A stretch of DNA of 64,000 nt from contig JAYWIR010000002.1 of assembly GCA_036172245.1 (NCBI GenBank), forward strand, positions 2,356,001 through 2,420,000, given 5' to 3'. The DNA comes from Raillietiella orientalis. Taxonomy: Eukaryota. Position 1 is the stretch's first letter; each line of letters starts with the position of its first letter. Below the pieces are notes generated by a model. The model was not told where the DNA came from, searched no databases, and saw only the letters and a program-made list of their open reading frames with translations. Below are positions 1 to 11,600 of the stretch, in pieces. The position numbers were made by a program, and so were the translations under genes.

Positions 1-3000
1 CCCGCGGCAGCGGCGCCAAGTCAACGTGGGCGCGTTCCCCCGTCCAGGATCGAAGCAGTCGCTACCCCCGCAAAGGCCGAAACCCTTCCCTCCCGGAGGT
101 GGATACCCTCGGGGATCTGCAGCCTTCCTCGATCCTTCGGCTCTCGACACCCGGTAGGAGGACGCTCGGGATTCCGGAAGAGCGTCTGGAATCCCGGATT
201 CACTCTCTCTCGCCACAGCGGCCCCACAAGCTCTTGCAGGACGCCGCGGAGGAAACGGAATCGACGCTCACATCCCCAGCTCAGCGGTGACCCCCCGACT
301 GGGGTCTCCGGCATCGGAGGTTCCACAGAGGGGTACCACAGAGGGGGTTTTGTGGTATCCTCCGCCCAGCGGGGATCGGTACCCGTCTTCAGGGGAACAG
401 CTCCCGTGGGCTTAGGCGCGGTTCTTCAGGGAGGTAGCTGGGAGAACGGCAGCCACTGGATGCTGGATGAAACGGTGGTATCACAGAAGCTGCACTGAAG
501 AGGAGGAGGAGGAGTCTGGAGGGCTATCTGGAGGAGTCTTCGAAGGTGCTGCGAAACTGTCGTTGCCAGAGGTCCTCTCGTTCCTGGTCCACCGGGTTCG
601 AAACGCGTGCCCCTCGGGACTGCAGACTCGCGCTCTCTCCCGAGTGAGGAGGGATGCCGGTTTCCCGTGATTCCGGGGGAAGAGTGATAAGCGATGCGTT
701 CGCCTTCAACGGTCCAGAGATCGAAGCTCTCTGGAGAGCTGTCTTTGCTGCCGAAGGACAACGATGACGGTGGCTGGAAGGAATCCTATTTACGGACGGA
801 GGAGCAGCTCCGAAGGTCCGCGATCTTCTCCACCCCCACCCCCTTCCTCCTCCACAAGCCGTGGCGTGATGCTCAGGAGTCGCCTGGGAGCCTCCGGAGC
901 AGGGATGCCAAGTTTCTCTTCCCCGGCAGCTGCTGCTGCTGCTTCGCCGCGGCGCCTGCGCTCGCAGCCAGCGGCGGCGGTCGCACCCTCCCGCTTGTTG
1001 TTTCCCCTTGGGAGAGAGTGGCTGTTGCCAGGATGCCGTTTCCGCGCGCGGCGGGAACCGCGGACAGCAGGGATTGATTGTTCCCGCAGCCAATCACGTC
1101 GGGAGCACAGGGCGAAAAAAAAAATTCCAAGCCGCAAGGTTGCGGATGAAGCAGCCGCTGCGAAGATCGTAAATCTGCCACGGCTGGGAGCGAAACGCGT
1201 GGTCGCGGCGAATCCGGACCTGTTTGTCGCCGGCTGTCAGGGAACGTGGAAACGCGCCGCCAAGGGTGCGGAGAGGAAGAGGAGGAGGAGAAGGTGCTGC
1301 TGCTGCTGCCATCTTCCCTTCGCGCGCAGATTCGAGAAACGCCCACGGAACTTCTTCCCCCTCCCCTTCCCCCTCCAAGTTGCACCTCTTCTCGGTCTCC
1401 TCGCAACGAAGTCGTCGCCGCGCGCTCGGAAGGGCGGAAGCTCCAGAGTCAGCCCTGGACAGTCCGGTCGGTCCTTCAAGGGGAACAGGTGCGGCTCTCG
1501 CAGGGAAAGCTAGCTCGGGGCTCCAGCATCCACCGCCCCGGGAGAACCTCCGAGTCCGTCCTGTGGGTTGACTCGGGGAAAAAGTCCGTCTCACCGGCCG
1601 AGGGACGCGCGAGGTCCTTCGGTGGTGTCCTCGGCCTCCTCTCCTGAGAGACCCTTCCTCTTCCCTACTGGAACCGGCGCTTTGTTCTGCTAGGAACCGG
1701 GTCTTCCTTGGGAACTCCCAGGAGCGAAAGGCCACGGGTGGGAACGTGCTTCGTGCGCTCCCAATCCTGAGACCCCCAAGCGTCGAGAAGAGCGGCCATC
1801 TTTGGCCGAGGCGCTACTGGACCGGAGGGAGTCTCCAAGAGGCGCATCTGATCATTCTTGGCTCAGGGAAGGCATGGCATCTTCGCAGCCCACGGAACCT
1901 CCTCACCGAGCAGCGTGCCCTCGCGAAAGATATCCTGTCGGAGGTCGCGACGTGTCCGGACCCATCCCGGACGTCCGTTCGGAACCTTCCCGTCCAGAGG
2001 GTGAAGGGTGGGGGGAAAAGCGGGCCCTCCGGTAAATCCCGGTTACCCCGGCATCTCACCTTGATGTGATTTCCACGAGATGGTTCGATCGGACGCCCTG
2101 CGCTCCCGGAGAGGAAGGCGGATGTGCGGTGGCGACCTCAGGAAGCGCTGGCCCGGGGGATTCTCCCACCCATCATCTCCCTACGAGTCCACCAAAGAAG
2201 CGGGATCGTCCGGGAGGCACCAAAGTTCGGGAAGTTCCTCTGGAAAAGACTCGTGGCAGCCGGTGGCATCGGCGGAAGTACCCGAGGATTCGGCTACCCT
2301 TTGCTGCCGGGACGAGAAAGAACGGGGAGCGGAATTCGCACCGGGATACGTGAAGCTCCTCGGCGGGTTTCGGTGTGTATCGATCTTCGTGAGCGCAGCA
2401 GTTCCCAGGATCGTTCTCGTAGCCCACGGATGCTGCGCGCGTCTTCGCGGGAGCAGCGGGAGAGGTTGCTGACAGCTCGCAGCTGTTGCTGCTCCACCCC
2501 GTAGGGGAAAGGGGTGGGTTCAGTCTCGGAGATCGAAAGCAGCGAATTTCCTCTGGAGTGGTACTGATAGGGGGAGGAAGTGAGGTCTCGGTCGCGAACC
2601 CGGGCCAGTCGACCACGGGGGGTCCGACGAACCAGCGAAACCGGGACCAGGTAGCGTTCTTACCGTCCAGGGCCGCGGCGAGCGCTACGTTTCTTCTTGA
2701 CGTGCTGTAGGGTGACTCCTGGCGCAGCAGCAGGGTGGCAGATGGGGGAGGGTCTAGGAAGGGGAGTGGGCTCTCTCTGCATCTCGGCCACGATCTCCGA
2801 AGAAGACCGGCTGGTTCAGACATGCGCGGAAGTGCGGCTGTTCCTTCTCCTTTCCCCCAAGAAGTTCCTTCTCTCCTCTTCAAGGCATTCCCCCTCCCCC
2901 CCCCTCCCCCGTGATCACTAACCCAGAAAGAACTGGCTTGGATGACGAACCGAGATCCCTGCCCGCAGCATCCGAAATTTCGCGTGACCATGCTTCCGTT

Positions 3001-3149
3001 CTCCGGGACCTCAGGCATCCTTCCTACCTGGATACTCGCCTTTTGCTCTGCGCAGGAGGATCCGGCCCCTTTCCTCCCTTCACCTCCCCATGGCACCAGC
3101 GGGCTCTTCTTTCTGATTCATATATTGATGATTCTGATCCGGTTCTGCC

Positions 3150-4170
3150 GGGGCATTTATTACGTTAGTAATAAAAATGCATTCTCTGTGGTAGAACCAA
3201 TGGTTCTACCACGCGCAACGAACCTGCCTAAGAGCGGTCCGCAGGCCGGCGAGGTCCGCTTCGGCAGCGTGGGGAGGGGAAAACAAAACATATAAAAATA
3301 AACAACAGAACAGGGGAAGGGAATTTATACACGAGAAGGGCCAGGGGAGGCACAGGAAGGGATCACGGTACGCTGCCAGGCGTCCTCTGCATCCTGTTCA
3401 GGATGTTGGCAAGTTCTGTCCGGATAGTGTTTTCAGGTGGAGCCATCTCGAGGCGATCCTCAGGAAGGTTTTCTCCCATTGGATGGCATCTCTGACATTC
3501 TGGCCTCTTCTTCCCGCGTTCCAGGCTGCCATGATCCCGCGAAGACAGCAGAGAACTGCGAGGGACGGGGCTGTCGGCAGAGCGGCACGTGCGAAGAGGT
3601 GTTTCCAAATGTCCCTGGGGCCGTCCGCCGAGATTCCTAGGAACGTCTCGAGGCGATCCCAAAGGGGCCGGGGGGCAGCACAGTCCAACAGCAGGTGCTG
3701 GAGGGTCTCCTTCTCGCACCTGCCGCACCGAGCATCTTCGCTCTCCCGTGTCCAGTGGTGAAGGCGCGATTTGCACGGGATTCCCGCATGCAACACCAGC
3801 AACGCCGACTCCTGCCATTTGAGAAGAGGGGGTTGCACTGTTCCAGCACTCTGAGGTCCACTGCACCCCCACTGGAGGGATGTCTAGCAGCTACCCCCTC
3901 TGCATACAAGTCCGTGGGGCTGGACACTCGGGATCGCAGCGTCCGTCACTTCCCGAGTTGTCAACGTCCCCAGAAGTTTTGTTTCTGTTGCTATGCAGCA
4001 AGTCACTTCTCACCTTGAAGGAATTACACTGTCCTTTGCGTCCCTTAGGGAAGATAGCACTGGGGCAATGGAGGTAGACGAGGCCCACCACATCTGCGGT
4101 TGCGAATGATCTCCAACCACTTGCGAGTGTTGACAACTCGCTGCAGGCAGGCGTCATATCTTGATGAGGG
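3150..4170 (-). mobile_element. 5'-truncated, decayed non-LTR retrotransposon (L1/Tx1-like): ORF2 C-terminus plus 3' UTR (copy 1)
   Basis: ORF 3398-3838 reads 'LLVLHAGIPCKSRLHHW...CGRCEKETLQHLLLDC...LWDRL', matching the zf-RVT (CxxC...ETxxHLLxxC) motif at the end of LINE ORF2. A frameshifted tail reads 'ELANILNRMQRTP'. Minus-strand AATAAA at 3156-3161. Boundaries are approximate. Confidence 0.8.
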
Positions 4171-4174
4171 AAAT

Positions 4175-7100
4175 TCTTCTGGGTTCTTTTCTGTTTTCTG
4201 TCAGTTTTTTTTTTTTCTTTCAGGTTTTCCTCTTTTTGGGGGATCACTGAGTACGTCAGGAACAGTCGTACGCCTGGTGGCTCACGCAGCTCTTTAACGC
4301 TGCCCACGCCACCCGAGGGTGCGTGGAACTCTACAAGTTATACGTTTAACACTCGGTAATGCCAGTGTGTTTATTATAGAAATAATAAACATTCAGGTGT
4401 GGGGCCATCGGCCCTACATCGTCCGAAAATATTCGGAACCTCTTGAGTAACCGGCACGCAGGCCGGCGAAATTCGCCTCGGCAGCGGAGGGGGAGGGCCG
4501 ACAAAAATAAAAATAAAAGGAAAAGAATATACAAAAAATTGGGAGGGTTAGGGAAGGGATAACCGGGTGCTGGAGGGCGTCCTCTGCATCCTTTCCAGGA
4601 TGCCGGCAAGTTCCTTCTGAGTATGCCCCAGGTGGAGCCATCTTGCCGCCTCCCGCAGGAAGCTCAGGGCGAAGCAGATGGCGTGCTTATCGCGCCGTCT
4701 TCCTCTCGCGTAGCTCCAGACCGCCGCAATCCCGCGCAGGCAGCAGCAAAGAGCTGCTGGGGACGCACTAGGCGAAAGGGAATCGCTCACGAAGAGGCGC
4801 TTCATCACATCCCTGGGATCGTCCGTCGGTGCACCAAGGACCGTTGCGTAATGCAACCACAGGAGTCGGAGGGCAATACAGTCTACAAGAGAGGGATTCC
4901 CGTTCCTTGCACCTGCAACAGTTTAGGTCCACAGTCCCCGGGTCCAGTGAGATTCTTGAAGACAAGGGGTACCCCGGGAGGGGACCACCCTATGAATCCA
5001 GGAAGGGTTCCGGAGAAAGGGATTCCGTTCCTCTCGAGCCTGGGGAGAGATCCACCATGCTTGCCTCCGGAGAGGCCCCCGGAGGGAACCGCTCCTGTTT
5101 ATTCCTCTGAAGGGAACCCCGAAGGGACTCTTCCTAATTTTCTCTGAAGGGCGTTCCTCGAAGCTCCCTTCGGCACGCTTCTTGCACTCTGGAGAGGCAG
5201 CATCAACCCACGCGACCACCACTCCGTTTGCACAACCGGAGGGTAACCCTAGAGGGAACTGGGCTCCTCGATTCCTGGAAAACAATTTCTGGAGGGTCGA
5301 CTCCCACTGCCCCGGCCACTCACCACTCATCGAGGGCATCCGGTTTGAACCGCTACTGGTACCTCACCTGAATGAATGAAGGTCGGTCAGCATCATCTTG
5401 CGAGAGGAACTCGAACCCATGACGCACCCCATCACTCGGCGTCGATTGTTCCCGAGGGTTTCGAACCCGCGACGGTTGGTGCCACGCGGCCTCTGACGCG
5501 GCCGGCTACTCCCCGCAAGGATCTTCCATGTCGGCGCGTCAGCACGTTCCTTCCTTGAAGAGGGAGGATGGGAACGGGAAGGAAGATGATCCGACCCCCG
5601 GGTTCTGGAAGGAATTTCTACCCTTGCTACCCGGGGAGCTTGCCTTCCCGAGCGAGATGCTACATCCGCACCACCTTCGGCGAATCAGGAGCGTGGCTGA
5701 GCATCATGGCCTGGAGCTCTGGAGGCGCTCCCTCTAGATGAACGCGAAAGATGGCTCTTTTATGGACGGACTTCCGAGACAGCCTTGCGCACGGGCAGTA
5801 TCGTAGGCGAGGAAGGCGACTGAACCGCGATTATTGCTAGTTGAAAACTTCCGAGATAACTGCTGCACCACTGGACCAACCGCCTTCCTTCACGAAGAAG
5901 GCGACTTACTGCTCCGATCAAACCTGCGCTGCCGCTCCTGGGGGGGAGAGAGAGCGAGAAGAATTCCGCTTTGGAGCTCCCGGGATCACCCGTCAAGGCG
6001 GAGGGAAGCGCCGGGGTTCTAGCAGGAGCGGAGATTCTTCAGACGCCACCGTGGCGCTCCTGCAGCTGCATGAAGTAGGGGCAAGCTGTGGAACCTGTTG
6101 GTTCGGGAGGGAGTGCCGGAACTCTTTCTGGAGATCCGGAGGCTATGGGTCCAGATTAGGGTAACACCCTCTCCACCTCGGATGCGACTGCAGGAAGCAG
6201 TAAAGACTCTCCGAAGCCTGAAGCGGACTGGAGAAGTGAGGAACAGGAGAGAGTCTGGGTGGCCGGCCTTTCGCCTTGCCTTCAGGCTATCTCGATGGTC
6301 CACCTTCTCCACAGGATTGCATGCGAGACTCAGCCGCTCTATCGGTGGATATCGCAGCGAGGTCCTGACCTCCATCCTGGGCAACTCAGGGGACCGCAGC
6401 CACACCATCCTTTGCCACCTTCATCTCTTTCTTTCTCTTCTCGCTGGAGCGACGTTTCCACGCAGGTGGAGTCCTCCAACTGCGGGTTACCTTCTTCGCA
6501 CTGAGGTCCGAGATGCATTCGGCAACACGAGGAGACACCGCCGTGGGAGCAGCGTCTCACCGAAGTAGGGGTGAGACTCTGCGCGGCGGTCTCATTCGTG
6601 GAGGTGGAGTGGCGGGGCGCATCTCGACGCCGGCGGTAGGGAGGACGGAACGCTTCCTAGAAAACGAGGCGATCCAGAGATGTTGCGGCTGGACCTGCAT
6701 AGGGGACGAACGTCCCGGACGCGTTGGGAGATCCCGCTCTTTCAAGCCACCGCAGCCGAGACCACAAGAATCTCCGAGGAGGCGCTAGCAGTGCTCCATC
6801 TTCACACCATCCTCAGACGTAGGTTCCTCTCGGAAAGCGCCGTCTTCCTCAGTGGGGCGGCTCAAGAGGGAGCGAACAAGGCAAGAATCCAAGGAAGAAA
6901 GGACGCCGTGCCTGCGAATCCCTGCAGACGTGCATTGCTAGGATCATCTCTCTCCCATCTCTCCCTCAGTCCCGAAGGGGGCGCGGTCCGCTTGTAGCCA
7001 GGATGGGGACCCTACTCCCTGAGTTCACGTTGGAAACCTCACTATCGTGACGTCCTGAGAGGATGCCCGCCTGCAGCCAAGAGCCGGGAATGCGGTCATG

Positions 7101-8600
7101 GCTGGACGCCGCGCGAATTCCAGGATTTTTCTTTCCCCTCTCTGCCCTTACCCGCTCTCCCCACGAGCGTTCTGCCCACCGGATGCAAGGAGACGACGTT
7201 CTCACCTGCCTCTTTCTTTCTTCTCCCTGGTCCTCTTTTCCCAGCATACGTCCGTCTTCCTGGTAGGACATCCCCTTGTCTCGGCGGGAGGGCACTTCCA
7301 AGGAATGGACCCTGTGCAGAGGCGGCAGGAGTCCCTCCTCACGCGTTGCCGGTATCCCTCCGAGCTGCAGCAGGGATAAGTGCGCATCCCTCGGGGGCAC
7401 TCCCTCGTTTGTCTCTCCGGGACCACCGGCCAGAAATCCTCTGCCACGTGCGAGGCCTCTGCCACGAGAGACGGCCAGACGCGAAGGGCGCCTGGCCGTC
7501 GCCCTCTGCTGGGAGCCACCGTCCTCCTGGGGAGAGCGGTGGGATGGTTCAACCCATGGCGTGCAAAATACGGGGAACCTTGAGAACCTCTTGTTCCCCT
7601 CGTGACCTCATGCAGGGGGCCTCTGGGGTTATCCCGGCCCGAAACCAGTGACGGCACCCCACCCCGCCCCTCTCTTGTCGTGCCCCTTCCGATGCAGGAC
7701 ACATCGCCGTGGGAACCCGCCCATACCGCTCCCCAGCTATTTATCGATTTACTAATCCTCCTTTCCCTCCATCCATTTATCCCCTGGCACTGACCTCCCA
7801 GTCAGATTCGGTTGGACCCTTTGGTTTCCTTCCGGCACAGGTCGCTCGCTTCCTTCCCTACCCATTTTATTCATTTATTTGAAATAGATCGCCGGGCAAT
7901 CCGGAATAAGAATGGTCCCTTCTTTCTGCTCTTGGTCTCACTTGAGTCTCCAGTCGTCGTCCTGCTCTTCCCCGAGGTTCTTCCCGGAGGAATCCAAACC
8001 CTGGCTCGGAACCGTCTGCTGAAGCCCCATTCCGCGAGAGGTGGGTTTTTAGAAGAAAGGGAGGGGCCAGGAGAACGAAAGCCACCTCTTGGACGGATGC
8101 CGGCACTATAATCAGATAGCAGTGGGAGTTCCCGAGGGACTTCTCTCTCCTCTCCCCGCTCTTTCAGAAGGTATGGGTATGGGTATGGGGCGGAAGGTAG
8201 ACCCTTCTTCTCCTCCTCCCCTTCTCGAGAATGCGAAAGATGCCTCTCCTGTTGAGGCTCCAAAGGTGCTCCTCACGTGCTCCACTCCTGTCCACCCACT
8301 TGCCATTTTCCTCCCGGAGGGAACCCTGGACTAGCCAAGAGATCGTGTGACCTCGGCCAAACGATCCGTGCAGTGGCCCATGCGGATAGCAGGCCAAGGA
8401 GGGAGGCAGGACCGAGCCAATCCAAGCCGAGGTGGGTCCGGAATTCCGGCAGCAGCCTCCTGCTCCCAGCATCCCGCGTCGGAAGCAGACCCTACAGATA
8501 ACAGCGCCCAAGATGGAAGGCGTGGGGAGGACACCGGCGTCCAGGAGCTTTGTCGAGGGCCGAAGGGGAGGTAGGAGGGCCACAGCGATCGTAAGGCAGG
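4175..8600 (-). mobile_element. Longer, heavily decayed L1/Tx1-like LINE (copy 2, same family as copy 1)
   Basis: C-terminal remnant 'CCRCKERESL...LCCCLRGIAAVW...ARWLHL...ELAGILERMQRTP' (4548-4965) is clearly homologous to copy 1, and a 3' UTR block is shared. A-rich tail on the minus strand at about 4175-4235. Weaker upstream remnants: 'QGCLGSP' (RT QGxPLSP-like, about 5765-5790), 'KAGHPDSL' (KAPGPDG-like, about 6250-6275) and a knuckle-like 'CRVCFRRGM' (about 8470-8500). The 5' boundary is uncertain. Confidence 0.65.
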
Positions 8601-11600
8601 TCGTTTCACCTCCTTGGATCCTTTCATGCTTCCCGCAGAATCCACATGGACAGGAAACTGATGAGAGGGGATGCTGGGCTGGTCGGACTAACCCAGAGGC
8701 TATCCGTCGTTTCCCTGCTTACCCCTTCCTTCCGATCTCCTCCCTTCCCTGCTGAAAAAAGGGAGATGCTTTTCTTCGAAATGGGGATTAGCGGATGCCT
8801 CATCAACCGGGGGGGAACGGGTTCCCAGGGAAAGGCGAAAGAAGATCTCTCACCCAGAGGAACTTGAGAGAGTCGGCTTGCGGAGGGCATGCGCGTCTTT
8901 CCAAGGAAAAGAGAGGACTTCTCCTGTTCGTCCCTCCCTCCTCCCCACGGTGCTCCGGAAGGACTGAACGTTGCCCTGAAGCCCCCTGGGAGCGGGCGAG
9001 TCCGCTCCTCCCTCTCGTCCCTCCACCCTGGAGGTGCGGTCTCTCAACCCTCGGGCACTTTCCCCAGTCTTTTCTCCTGCTCCCGTCGTGAGCTCCTCCT
9101 CCCGCTTCAGTGTCTTGAAAATTGATCGCGCCACGCGCGGTCACCTGAAGACCGCGCCTCGTCCTGGCCCCTCTGCTCACGCGCAATTAAAAACCAGCAG
9201 AGCTCCGCTAGGAATCGGCGTTTCTCGCGTACCAGAAGGTCGAAATCCAAGGGTGATGGTGGTGGTTGCGGTAGTGACGATGGTGACGATGACGATGACA
9301 GCGAAGAGAAAGGAGAAAGGAAGAAGAGGAAGAGAGTAGGAGTAGGAAGAGGAAGGAAGAAGGAGGAAGCGGAGAGCTCAATCGAAATCAGTGGACCCGC
9401 GCCCCGAAAGAGGAAGGTGCGCGAGCACTCATCATGGTCAGTAGAGTTCACATTGGTTGGAGGACCTAAAGGCAGTACGTGACCGACCGAAAATTCCCGA
9501 GGACACCGATGGGAGATCCTGCCAGCAAGAAGGGGTGGAGCGACAGGCAAAGGGACGATGTTCGCTCTCTTGTGTGCACTGCGGATGGTGGGCAGAAAAG
9601 GGGAAGGGGGGAGAAGGTGGTTCGAAAGCAAAGAGACTACAAGACCCTCTCCCTTCCCGCGGGGGACGAAGTGAGCGCGGATGGTACCCCAAGGTGCGCT
9701 GCAGGGAGAGAAAGGGGAAGAAAAAGGTGCGCCCGGTGCGCCACACACGGCGATCTGGGAGCTTTGGGCTGGCTCCCCTGCAAGAGGAGGGAAGGAGGAG
9801 AAGTTGGCCGCGGGATGATGCTGATAGGGTGAGGGGGGTAGAGATCCCTTCCAATTTTCCAAGCCGGAAGGCGAGTCCCTACAGGGAGGAGGACGTCGGA
9901 AGCGAAGGGAAGGAAACGGAAAGGCGCCGCTTCCCTTTGCCTTTGCTTTCTGCTTCCTCGCTTTTCCGGGGTCATGGGGAGGAGGTGAAGGAAGAAATAG
10001 CAGAATTCGAGCCGCATTCCCTCTTCTGGAGGTCGGCTGGCAACACCGCTCGGCAGCGGCAGGAAACAGTTCCCTTGAACGCTTCCCATCCCCACGGGGA
10101 GAAGGGAGGAGCACCCGGAGGTGTCAGGAAGGGCACCGGAGGCGGAAGCATCCCTCGGACTGCAGCAGCCACTCAACAGAGACCCTCCCGAACTCGAGGT
10201 GCCCCAAGTACAGGAGAGCGAGCTGCTCAGCAGGACTGTAGGAGGGGAAGCGGCCGCCCCAACCGCCCAACCCTTGCTTGTCTTCACTGGGCGATGTCTC
10301 GAGAGAGATAGAGTTCGGAGGCAGATCCAGGCAGGACGCAGGACGACTCCTTTCGCAGGTTTCCTTCTCCCACCCCTTCGTACTCCTCTTTTCCTCCGAG
10401 AAGGTCCGGAGCCTTTGAACTCCTTCTAACCCTTCCTGGAAACTCTTTGTGCCCCCTACGGAATGCGCATGCGTGATCTTCAGCAAGTCACTGATGGACC
10501 TTTGGGCAAGGACGCAGCTTCCGCCTCATGAGGCGCTCACCCTTATGCGGCGAGTCTCCAGCATCCTTCGGGATACGGGACAGGGGTACCAAGCACGTGA
10601 TGCGGCACCAGACGGGGAGAGTCCGGCAAGAGAAGCGGCCGCAATTCCGCAAAGAGAGAGGGAGGACGGGGAAAACAAACCTCTTCTCCCGGGAGACGAA
10701 GGAAGAGGAAGGGGGAGAACCTCGGTTTCCTTTTCGGGAAGAGATGTACGAAGAAAGGGGCTCGCTCGGTGTAGGGGCGCAGAGGTGGCCTCTGCGCGAG
10801 GCCACCTCTGCGACGCGTTTCTTTCGAAGCACCCGGTGGGGCGGGTGCCTTCCTGAGGGCACGCCCCCCCGAAGGCTTCTGCATCCACCCTTCTCAGAGA
10901 CCCCTTCAGTTGGTCCACGGGCGCCTTTTTCCCCTCCGGATCGGGTGGGAGCCTCCTCACGCAGGCCTCCCCTCTCTCAGGGGCAGCGGGTTTCGAAGAG
11001 CCCTGGAAGAAGCAGATCTCCCTGAGACCGACTACCCCTTCCCAGAAGCATCGAAGAGGGTCGCCGGTGTGCAAGAACGAAAGGAGCGGGGAGACCCACC
11101 GTTGCTAGTGTGTTCCCGCTTCCGCGTCCTGCATCTCTCTCCCCCTGGGGAACTCGCTCCGCGCAGTGGATCACGAATCTGCGGCCACTGGGAGGCGCGG
11201 TTCCTCTTCGATCGTCCATCTTCGAGGAATGAGAGGCGTCATTCTGGTCTCCCGGTATCCTCCCTGCAAGAGAGGCAGTTGGCGTTCCCTGCTTCCTCCC
11301 GCTGACTGGAAACCCGAGGGTCATCCGTGGGACGTGGTCCAGCCGTCTCTGGGTCTCCGGACATCCCCTTAGCCTGCACCTTCCTTTGGATTCCCGATCC
11401 TCTTTGGTTCGAGGTTTCCAGCTCGAGGATCGGACTCGGGGAAGGAAGCTGAAGGGTGGGACTTGGTCGCCCGCATTTTTGGCAGCTACTCTGCGGAGAA
11501 CCCATCCCATGAGTCGTCTTCCCCTCCCCCTTCCTTCTCCCCCGTGACAAAGCGATGAGCTGGGCCCAGCCCACACACCGTGCCGCGAGTCTCCCCAGTG

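Noticed and set aside
4290..4345. Twister-ribozyme-like start (taacgctgcc)
   Set aside because: The downstream pairing partners and conserved core are missing.
5451..5510. tRNA-like B box (ggttcgaaacc on the minus strand)
   Set aside because: No acceptor stem or anticodon arm could be formed, and it lies inside the decayed LINE ORF2.
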